Shown here: one piece after another, positions 35,449 to 45,006 of the stretch
Layout: each line of letters starts with the position of its first letter
Position numbering within the stretch: position 1 is the stretch's first letter
Assembly: GCA_963717545.1 (NCBI GenBank)
Contig: OY970345.1
Coordinates: forward strand, 2,114,227-2,178,226
Source of the DNA: an uncultured Verrucomicrobiae bacterium
GTDB lineage: Bacteria; Verrucomicrobiota; Verrucomicrobiia; Chthoniobacterales; UBA10450
Direction: 5' to 3'
DNA: 64,000 nt
Translations under genes and position numbers: made by a program
Notes under the pieces: generated by a model
What the model was told of the DNA's origin: nothing
Databases searched by the model: none
Seen by the model: only the letters and a program-made list of their open reading frames with translations

Positions 35449-35850
35449 ATGCACCCGCTCTTCAGCAAAGCGTCCGAGCTGACCGAAACCGTTATTGGCG
35501 CCGCGATCGAGGTGCATCGGAACAAAGGGCCGGGTTTGATCGAATCCATTTATGAGTGGTGCCTCCTAAAGGAACTCGAGCTGCGTGGCCTGGCCTGCGC
35601 GAGCCAAAAACTGGTGGTCATCGAGTATAAAGGATTCAAAAGGGAAGAGCCCTTGCGGTTCGATGTGCTCGTAGAAGGGTGCGTTCTTGTTGAGGCCAAG
35701 GCCTTGCAGAATGTGCTAGCGATCCACAAAGCACAATTGCTCAGCGACATGAAACTCATGGATGTGCCTCTCGGGCTGCTCATCAATTTTCATGAAACGA
35801 AACTCACAAACGACGTGCATCGGCTGATCCTGCCGAGTGCAAATAAATAA
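35449..35850 (+). CDS. GxxExxY family protein (PD-(D/E)XK-like)
   Basis: 133 aa. The name-giving motif PGLIESIYEWCL (GxxExxY) is present, followed by D...VLVEAK, consistent with a restriction-endonuclease-like core. Confidence 0.8.
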   Translation: MHPLFSKASELTETVIGAAIEVHRNKGPGLIESIYEWCLLKELELRGLACASQKLVVIEYKGFKREEPLRFDVLVEGCVLVEAKALQNVLAIHKAQLLSDMKLMDVPLGLLINFHETKLTNDVHRLILPSANK

Positions 35851-35861
35851 GAAGGGATTTC

Positions 35862-35928
35862 TACAGGAGGAAACAGAGATAACAGAGACCGGATTTCAGA
35901 ATCTCCGTTTCCTCTGTTATCTCCTGTG
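35862..35928. repeat. hairpin repeat, copy I
   Basis: TACAGGAGGAAACAGAGATAACAGAG, a loop, then CTCCGTTTCCTCTGTTATCTCCTGTG. Confidence 0.75.
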
Positions 35929-35946
35929 AAAAATCAGGTTCGCGGG

Positions 35947-37107
<1,161 letters not shown>

Positions 37108-37111
<4 letters not shown>

Positions 37112-39696
37112 GCGGCTTCGCTTTTCGAATCGCGCCGGGCCGCGGGGAGATGGAAGGAAAAACAGGCGCCGCGATCGGGAGCGTTCTCCGCGGTGATCTT
37201 GCCGCCGTGCATCTCGATAATGGAGCGGACGATGGTTAACCCCATGCCCATTCCGGTTTGCTTGGTGGAAAAGAAGTGATCGAAGACTTTGTCCGGGCGG
37301 TCCTTCGGCAGGCCGGCGCCGAAATCGCGCACGCTGACCTGGGCCCTCTCGCCGTTGAGAGAACGAGTGGTAATAATGATGCGGCGTTCGGCGGGCGGAA
37401 GGCCTTCCACGGCATCGAGCGCGTTCATGATCAGGTTGAGCAAGACCTGTTGAATCTGGACCGGCGCTGCTTCTACCTGCGGCAAACTATGATCCATCTC
37501 GGTCGTGACCACGCTTTCTCGCAGCAGGATGTCGGAACTGACCAGGCGAACAGTATCCGCAATCACGGCATTGAGGTTGAGGGTGCTCCGAATGATCTGC
37601 TTGTCTTTCTGGACCAGGGCGCGGATGCCGCGAATGACTTCGCCGGCGCGCTGGCTATCCGACACCATGTCCAGGAGTAATTGCTGGAGCAGGGCCGGGT
37701 CGATATTTCCCCGCTCTAGAAAACGGCGCGCAGCCGAGGCGTTATTCGCGATCGCGGTGAGCGGCTGATTCAATTCGTGCGCGACCGACGCGGTGATCTC
37801 ACCCATCAACGCGACCCGGTTCAAATGCGACATCTCCTCGCGCTGGAGTTGCAACTGAAGGTCCGATTGCTTTTGGGCGCTGACATCGATCGTCACGCCG
37901 ATGAGCTCCAAAAGATTTCCCTGTTCGTCCTGTAAACAGCGGCCGCGGACGATAACCCACCGAGTCCTTCCGTAGGGTAAAACCAGGCGATGCTCCGATT
38001 CAAAGACTCCGAGCGATGCGCACGCATGATCGAACGCGGCGTGGACCGCGGCCCGTTCATCGGGATGAACCCGTCCGCAGATCAGGTCGCGATTCAAGGG
38101 CTGGTTGGAATCGAATCCGTAAAGCGCGCGCCCATTGTCGCTCATCCACGCAGTATGTTGTTCCGGATAGATGACCCAAAACGCGAGATGCGCCGATTCC
38201 GCAGCCAGATTGATTCGCGCTTCGCGCTCGCGCAGCGTTTCCTGCGCGCGCTGGCGCTCAATCGCGATCCCCGCAATGTGGGTCGCGATCTGGGTAAGGC
38301 GCAGTTCCTCCAGCTCCGGGCCGCGCGTTTCCCGGCGATACATCGCGAACGAACCCAGGACTTCGCCAAGCGGAGATAGAATTGGCGTCGACCAGCACGC
38401 GCGCAGCCCGCAAATTTCGGCCAGCTGCCGGTAATCGGCCCAGAGCGGATCGGTCAGGACATCCTTGACCACAACGGGCTTGCGCAAATACATGGCCGTT
38501 CCGCAGGAACCATTTCGCGGCCCGATCAGGGCGCCGTCGACCGCTTTCACATAGGTCTCCGGCAGATTTGGCGCGGCGCCGTGCCGGACGCGCTTCCCGT
38601 CGCGGTCGAGAAGCAGAATGGAACAACGGAGTCCATCGGCCTGACCTTCCATAAGCAGGACAAGGCTGGTCAGGACTTCGGAAAGCGAAGCGTTCGCCGC
38701 GATCATCTCCAAAACGCGGCTTTGATCGAAAAGGAAAAACTCCTCCTTTTTTGTCTCGGTGATGTCGCGACAAACGATCACGCCACCCGACAGTTCGCCG
38801 TCGGGGCCTCTTAACGGACGGCCATTAACCCGGGTCCAGGATCCGTTGGGGGCTTTCGCGTGTCGGATAAAGATCTCGACGTTGTTGACCGCTTCCCCGC
38901 GAATCGATCGCGCCAGCGGCAACTGGTCCGGCGGAAAAGGAGTGACCCTGTCCGGCAGGTAGAGGCCGTACTCCTGCGACCATTCGCTCGAAGCAATCTG
39001 GGTCGCGCCCTTCCCGAACATCCGCTCTGCCGCCGGGTTGAAAACAAGGAAGTTGCCTTGCTTGTCAGCGACGATGACAGCGTCCCCGATGCTCGACAAA
39101 ATCGATTGGAGGATTTCGTTGGTGTCGGAGAGCTTTTCCTCGGCGCGTTTCTGTTGCATGACCAAACCCAATTGGGCCGCAACCGCCGCGATTACCCTGA
39201 CGAGACGCTGGTCCTCGATCCGCGCCTCGCGCACGAAAAACTCGATGACTGCGATGACCTCGTTGCCCGAAAGAATGGGAATGCCCACCGCGGACTTCAG
39301 TCCCACTTTTCCGGCTGCTTTGTTTCGGGGAAAATTCCCGTCGAGTGTCACATCCTCGATCCACGCCGGCTCCTTCGATTTCCAGACGCGTCCGGGAAGC
39401 CCTGACCCGGGGAGGAAGTGGGATTCCTTCGAGGCGGCCCTGAATCGCTTCAGATCGGTCTCGCCGCAAAACCAGACCGGACCGCAATCGAGCTGAGTCT
39501 TCTCGCCATTGGGCACCCACGCCTGTCCGAGCGCCCACCCTGTCTTCTCACAAACGCGGCCGAGCACGACTTCCAACGCGGAAAAGAGGTCGCTCGCCGC
39601 GGTCACTTCCATCGTGATCGTTTGCAAAAGGCTCAGCTGCTCTTCGCGAGACGACTCCGGGATTTCGCGATGTTCGATCTGATCTGGCGGCTTCAT
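37108..39696 (-). CDS. cytoplasmic sensor histidine kinase (GAF/PAS repeats, HisKA, HATPase)
   Basis: 862 aa with no TM helices. H-box EITASVAHELNQPL, N-box LLNLIMNALDA and G-boxes DFGAGL / GMGMGLTI. Confidence 0.85.
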
Positions 39697-40115
39697 TATT
39701 GAACCTGCATGGAGAAAGCGCGCCGCACGGCGTCGAGGAATTCGCCGTCGTCGAAGGGCTTCCTGAAAAAAGCGATGGCACCCGCTCGCCGCACTGCCGT
39801 TTCCATTTTCGGATCTTCCCGCCCTGTGATTGCGATCACTCGGGTGCGCGGAGAGAGCGCGGCAATCTGGGCCTGCACTTCAAGGCCGTTCATCTCTTCC
39901 ATCAGCAGGTCGAGCACGACGAGTGGCACCGCATGCGTGCTTACGTGGGCAAGAAAATCCCTCGGCTTATCAAAGGAGCGCGCCGCAAAACCATCGGACG
40001 CGAGCAATCGCCCGATCGATCTCAGGACGGCGGAATCGTCGTCGACGAGATAGACAATTTCCGGGCCCGGTTTTTCGCTGAGCGTCATGGCATTGGCCCG
40101 CCAAGGCGGGATCAC
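39696..40115 (-). CDS. stand-alone response-regulator receiver protein
   Basis: YLVDDD, VVLDLLMEEMNG and RKPF. An alternative start is ATG 40088. Its stop overlaps the kinase start by 1 nt. Confidence 0.75.
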   Translation of the reverse strand: MIPPWRANAMTLSEKPGPEIVYLVDDDSAVLRSIGRLLASDGFAARSFDKPRDFLAHVSTHAVPLVVLDLLMEEMNGLEVQAQIAALSPRTRVIAITGREDPKMETAVRRAGAIAFFRKPFDDGEFLDAVRRAFSMQVQ

Positions 40116-40136
40116 CGGCCAGATTAGCCGACGCGC

Positions 40137-40793
40137 TCAGGCTGGATATTGGCCTTTAGTCCCATGCGGCCCGTCGGCGGGGGAGACCCCGGCAGTCTGG
40201 GTAAGACGGACCAGGTCCGGGACTGAAGTAAGGCCGAGCTTCTGCATGACCCGACCGCGATGAACCTTGACGGTCTTTTCGGCCGTCTTCAGTTCCGCCG
40301 CGATCTGCTTGTTGAGCAGGCCCATGATAACGAAGCGCAGGACTTCGAATTCGCGCGGCGTCAGCTTGTCGATCAGGCCGCGCGCCGTTCGCCGTTCCGC
40401 GCGCCTCGCCAGATGTTCCTTGCCGCGGAGCAGAGCCTTCTTCACCGCTTCGATCAGTTCTTCGCTATCGAAAGGTTTGAGCAAGAAATCCACCGCTCCG
40501 TTTTTCATAGCCTGAGTGGCCGTGGGCACGTCCTTGTGGCCGGTGATGAAAATTATCTGCTCGCAACCGCCGCGGGCTTCAATTTCCTTCTGCAGTCCGA
40601 GCCCGTTCAACCCCGGCATGCGCACGTCGAGAACCAGACAGGTCGGGCCTTCGAAAAGTTCCCGCGCCAGATAATCTTCGGCGGAAGCGAATGTTTCCGC
40701 GGCATATCCAGCGGATCGGAACAAGCGGCGCAACCCGCGGCGCACCGATTGATCGTCGTCTACTACCCCAACTAATTCTGCGAGCGCGCTCAC
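40137..40793 (-). CDS. FixJ/LuxR-family response regulator (receiver plus HTH)
   Basis: Receiver (VVDDD, LVLDVRMPGLNG, LKPF) plus a LuxR HTH (LTPREFEVLRFVIMGLLNKQIAAELKTAEKTVKVHR). Confidence 0.85.
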   Translation of the reverse strand: MSALAELVGVVDDDQSVRRGLRRLFRSAGYAAETFASAEDYLARELFEGPTCLVLDVRMPGLNGLGLQKEIEARGGCEQIIFITGHKDVPTATQAMKNGAVDFLLKPFDSEELIEAVKKALLRGKEHLARRAERRTARGLIDKLTPREFEVLRFVIMGLLNKQIAAELKTAEKTVKVHRGRVMQKLGLTSVPDLVRLTQTAGVSPADGPHGTKGQYPA

Positions 40794-42883
40794 GCCACCT
40801 CCCGGGCTTCAGGCACTGGCGCAACCGGCAGGCGAAACCAAAACCGCGCGCCGTCTCCGATATTTTCCGCGTTCAATTTCCCTCCATGAGCTTCCACAAT
40901 GGAGCGCACGATCGTCAGGCCCATTCCCATCCCGTTGGGCTTGGTTGAATAGAAATGGGTAAACACCTTATCGAGATTGTCCTTGGGCAGGCCGCTGCCG
41001 TAATCGCGCACGCTCACCGAGACGAATGAATCCGGCTCCAATTTTGTGCAGACGATAATGCGCCGTTTCTCCGCGGGAATGGAATGCATCGCCTCGAGTG
41101 AATTCATCAACAGGTTGAGCAGGACCTGTTGCAAATGCAGCGGATCAGCCATCACCTCGGGAAGGTTAGGGAGAAGCTCGGTCTCGACGGTCGTCGTTCG
41201 TCCAAGCAGGTCGGAGTTAAGCAGACGCAAAACTTCCCGCACGATCTCATTCAGATTGACCAGATGGCGCGCGTCTTCGCTTTTTCGGACAAAATCATGG
41301 ATTCCGTGAATGATAGCGCCCGCGCGCCGTGCGTCCGCCGATACGTCCGCCAGCAACTCTCTGAACATCTCCAGGTCAGGCTGACCGTGCGCGAGCATTC
41401 GGCTGCCGGCCGCTGCGTTGCTGGCAATCGCAGTCAGAGGCTGATTCAATTCGTGCGCAAGGGAAGCCGTCAGCTCGCCCATGGAGGAGACCCGGCTCAT
41501 CCGGGCCATCTCCGTGCGTTGGAGCCGTAACTCCAGGTCCGCTTTGACTTGGGCCGTAACGTCGATGGCCACGCCAATCAATTCGGTAATTTTTCCGCGG
41601 TCGTTGCGGACGTAACGCCCGCGAGAGATGAGCCAGCGCGTCTCGCCGTCGGACCGGAGCAAGCGATACTCAAATTCAAACGTCGGCGAGATGGCACGGG
41701 CTCGTTCAATGGCTTCATCGAGCGCCTCTCGATCTTCCGGATGCACCCGCGAGAGAAACAATTCGCGAGTCAGAGGTTCTCCCGAGGTAAAGTCGAACAT
41801 GGCGCGGCCCTGGTCGCTCATCCAGGATTCCGCGCGCTCGAAGTCGATGCTCCAGAACGCCAGGTTCGCTGTTTCGGATGCCAGGCTGATGCGCTCGTCC
41901 CGTTCCCGCAGCGTCAGCGCGTCTTTCCGGCGCTCTTCGATGACGCCGGCCAAAAGCAGGAGGGGCACCGACATGACGATGAGGAACGTTTGAAGGGAGA
42001 GCGCATTTTCTTCGGCGGACTTGGTCGAGAAAGGCCCGTATCCGTGACCGGCGCTCCAGATCGCGAGAAAGGTCACCATGCAGATAGCCGCCGTCGCGCC
42101 ACGCGAACCGAAGCGCACCGCGGCCCAGATCAGAAACGGCATGGGCAAATAGAGCAACGCGGAATCCGGAGCCGGCCCCAACCTGTAGAAGACAATCAGG
42201 TTGACGGAAACCAGGGCGAGCAACAGGACCGCGGCTTCGAAAAATCGCGCCCGCCGAATCCGGCCCAGCCAGCGGATCCCTTCCGTGCTCCAGCTTATGA
42301 GAAAAGGAACCAGGGTCAGAGCAGTGAGGCTGTTGGAGCTGAACCGGATCCGCCAGACCCGCCAATAGGTGTCGTGTCCAAACTGATTGAGAGCCACGAA
42401 GCCAGCGTCCAAAAACGAAGACAAGAAGGGCGCCAGGAAGGCCGCGAAGAAACAAAAGATCCCGACGTCACGCAGGCGATCGAGCCGGACCGGCGGGTCG
42501 AAAAAATATCGGACGCAGCCCGCGCCGATCAACGCTTCACATGAATTGCTGATGAACCAGCACAGGATCATCACAGGCGGAACGTTGCTTTGTACTTGCG
42601 CGGCGAGATGGGCCGGAAATGCGGCCAGCAATATCATCCACCAAAAACGAACCGGTGTGAGAAGAAGCGCCGCCAGCAAAATGGAGTTCGGCGGCCAAAG
42701 CACAGATATCGGGTGAGGCTGAAAAGTTAGCGCGAAGCCAATTTTTGCCCCGAGATAATAGGCCACCGCGACCAACAACGAGATTCCGGCGACGCGCGAG
42801 TCAAAAAACTGATTGCGCCTCCGGTCCCCTGATGAACTCGCACCGACCCCCGTCAGCGCCAATGGCGTGGCCAGATTTCTCAT
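40790..42883 (-). CDS. sensor histidine kinase with MASE1-like membrane domain and PAS
   Basis: About 8 N-terminal helices in the MASE1 style and one PAS. H-box ELTASLAHELNQPL, N-box LLNLLMNSLEA and G-boxes DYGSGL / GMGMGLTI. Confidence 0.8.
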   Translation of the reverse strand: MRNLATPLALTGVGASSSGDRRRNQFFDSRVAGISLLVAVAYYLGAKIGFALTFQPHPISVLWPPNSILLAALLLTPVRFWWMILLAAFPAHLAAQVQSNVPPVMILCWFISNSCEALIGAGCVRYFFDPPVRLDRLRDVGIFCFFAAFLAPFLSSFLDAGFVALNQFGHDTYWRVWRIRFSSNSLTALTLVPFLISWSTEGIRWLGRIRRARFFEAAVLLLALVSVNLIVFYRLGPAPDSALLYLPMPFLIWAAVRFGSRGATAAICMVTFLAIWSAGHGYGPFSTKSAEENALSLQTFLIVMSVPLLLLAGVIEERRKDALTLRERDERISLASETANLAFWSIDFERAESWMSDQGRAMFDFTSGEPLTRELFLSRVHPEDREALDEAIERARAISPTFEFEYRLLRSDGETRWLISRGRYVRNDRGKITELIGVAIDVTAQVKADLELRLQRTEMARMSRVSSMGELTASLAHELNQPLTAIASNAAAGSRMLAHGQPDLEMFRELLADVSADARRAGAIIHGIHDFVRKSEDARHLVNLNEIVREVLRLLNSDLLGRTTTVETELLPNLPEVMADPLHLQQVLLNLLMNSLEAMHSIPAEKRRIIVCTKLEPDSFVSVSVRDYGSGLPKDNLDKVFTHFYSTKPNGMGMGLTIVRSIVEAHGGKLNAENIGDGARFWFRLPVAPVPEAREVA

Positions 42884-43092
42884 CTCGCCGGTTCACCGCT
42901 TCTGCCAGACGATAAAACGGGCTCCGTTATGTGTATGCGTTTCAGGCCGCAATTCTTAATCGGGAAAGCCACCCGCGACAAGATTGTTTCCTGTGACAAT
43001 CAGGTGACATCGCCAGAAAACTGCGAAGGAAGAGTGGGCCAGGTTTGTGCTGGCGCCGGGCCGGCTTTCTGGTTTCGCTTGGGGTCGGGTAC

Positions 43093-45006
43093 ATGAAATT
43101 TGAATTCCGCCCTTATGCCCTTGGCCGCTACTTCCTGGCCGGCCTGCTCGGCTTGATGGTCGTTGCGGCGGCAGGTCTTCTTTTCGTCCGCGTGCCGAAC
43201 GATCCGCCAGGGTTCTCGATCGATGAGTCGTCGATCTGTTACAACGCCTGGAGTATCTCTCAAACCGGGCAGGACGAGTATGGGCAGGCGTGGCCCCTCT
43301 TCTTTCGCGCCTTCGGCGAATATAAGAGCCCAACCATTATCTATCTCCTCGCGGGTTTGTTCCGCCTGGCCGGACCGGGCATCGCCGCGGCGCGATTGGT
43401 GACTGCGGCCTGCGGTCTCCTGGCGGCTTCATTGCTTGGTTTGTTAACGTGGAAGATGACGCGACGCTGGATCGTCGCGGTGCTGATGACAAGCACAGCG
43501 TTACTAACGCCCTGGTTATTCGAGAGCAGCCGGCTCGTTTTTGAAGTAGCGCTTTATCCGACGTTGCTCGCCCTCTTTCTTCTCGCGGTCTGGGGTGTGC
43601 AGGCAAAGCCTCGCTGGGAGTGGAGTAACGTCGTCGCCCTGGCAGTTACGTTAGCCCTGCTGACCTATTCCTATTCAATCGGGCGCCTGCTCGCACCTTT
43701 GTTGGCGCTAGGACTCGTCCTCTTTAGCAGTCGCGAACGTTTTCCAGGTATTATAAAGGCCTGGATCTCTTATGGATTGCTTTGCCTGCCACTGCTCCTC
43801 TTCCATCAGCAGAACCCAGAGGCGCTGACGGGACGGTTTAAGGCAATTACTTACATCAGCGGCGAGAACTCGGCGATGGCGAACGCATCGGAGTTCGCGC
43901 GACATTACCTGATAAACATTAACCCGTGGCGATGGCTTGCCACGGGCGAGAGCAACATTCGCGATCACCTCGAAGGCGCGGGAAGTCTCCTTGGAGCAAG
44001 CATTGTCCTCGCTATTGCTGGCGCGGTGATCATTCTGCATCGTCGTCGAGGCAATTCTTGGTGGCGCTTCATTCTTTACGCTCTCCTCATCTCGCCGGTG
44101 CCGGCGTCTCTTACGGTGAATCCATTTCCCCAGCTCCGGCTCATTGCGTTCCCGGTGTTTTTTCTTCTTCTTATGGTCCCAGCGCTGGAGTGGCTGACGA
44201 AGTCTGATGCGTCCTGGATCAAAGGCGGAGTGCTCGCCACGGGCATAGTGCTTACCGCGGGGCAAGGGTTGTGGTTTCAGCGGCTTTACCACGAGAAAGC
44301 GCCGGCTCTTTGGTATGTCTTCGACGCGCGTTTTCCAAGGAAGGTGATGGCCGCGGCGTTGAGCTCTAAAGGACGGCCAATCTACCTCGTTGATGAACCG
44401 GGTAAGGCTGGTTACATCCATGCCTTATGGTATGGCGCTCTTGCCCATCTCGGTCCTGCGACCTTCATCCGGTTAACGTGGGGCGTCCAGCCGCCGCCAG
44501 GATCCGTGGTTCTAAGCACCGAAGAGACTTGTCGGGACTGCAGGCTTATTGCGCGCGCTCTCAATTACATCGTGTATTCGGCCCCGCCTTATCTTCCCGC
44601 GACTAATGTTAGAAAAGAGCCAATAGCCGACTTCCGCGCTGAGATTGTCTGTGAGAACCCGGCCGCGTCGTTGTCGTGTGGCCAGGTGCGTTCTCTAAGT
44701 TTCCTGGTGAAGAACACGAGCGCAGTCGAGTGGCCTTGTCTCGGTGAACTGGGCTACAGCCATGCTGTGATCTTGCAGAGTCGATGGCTTCGGCCGGATG
44801 GAACTGTCGTGGCCGGGACCGAAACCGAACTACATTTGCCTTACGATATCGAGCCCGGCGACACTTTCGGGATGACGGTGCCGATCACAGCACCGCCGCG
44901 GCCGGGTCGTTACGAGCTTGAGGTCGATCTCGTCCAGAAAGAAATCGCGCGGTTTAGCGAGCGCGGCTCAAAGCCGTTCAAGGGAGCGGTCGAGGTTGTC
45001 CCCTAG
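43093..45006 (+). CDS. GT-C fold membrane glycosyltransferase (ArnT/PMT_2-like) with C-terminal Ig-like module
   Basis: Start taken as ATG 43093 (MKFEFRPYALGRYF). First-loop acidic motif FSIDESSICYNAW; about 11-12 helices. The C-terminal 125 aa form a beta module ending PGRYELEVDLVQKEIARF. Confidence 0.65.
   Translation: MKFEFRPYALGRYFLAGLLGLMVVAAAGLLFVRVPNDPPGFSIDESSICYNAWSISQTGQDEYGQAWPLFFRAFGEYKSPTIIYLLAGLFRLAGPGIAAARLVTAACGLLAASLLGLLTWKMTRRWIVAVLMTSTALLTPWLFESSRLVFEVALYPTLLALFLLAVWGVQAKPRWEWSNVVALAVTLALLTYSYSIGRLLAPLLALGLVLFSSRERFPGIIKAWISYGLLCLPLLLFHQQNPEALTGRFKAITYISGENSAMANASEFARHYLININPWRWLATGESNIRDHLEGAGSLLGASIVLAIAGAVIILHRRRGNSWWRFILYALLISPVPASLTVNPFPQLRLIAFPVFFLLLMVPALEWLTKSDASWIKGGVLATGIVLTAGQGLWFQRLYHEKAPALWYVFDARFPRKVMAAALSSKGRPIYLVDEPGKAGYIHALWYGALAHLGPATFIRLTWGVQPPPGSVVLSTEETCRDCRLIARALNYIVYSAPPYLPATNVRKEPIADFRAEIVCENPAASLSCGQVRSLSFLVKNTSAVEWPCLGELGYSHAVILQSRWLRPDGTVVAGTETELHLPYDIEPGDTFGMTVPITAPPRPGRYELEVDLVQKEIARFSERGSKPFKGAVEVVP

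Noticed and set aside
41549-42544. 331-aa ORF antisense to the MASE1 kinase. Similar cases are 33241..34122, 15010..16035, 3799..4794, 49548..50228 and 53130..53855.
   Set aside because: All lie opposite well-supported genes and have junk-like Arg/Gly/Pro composition. No start context or motif supports them.
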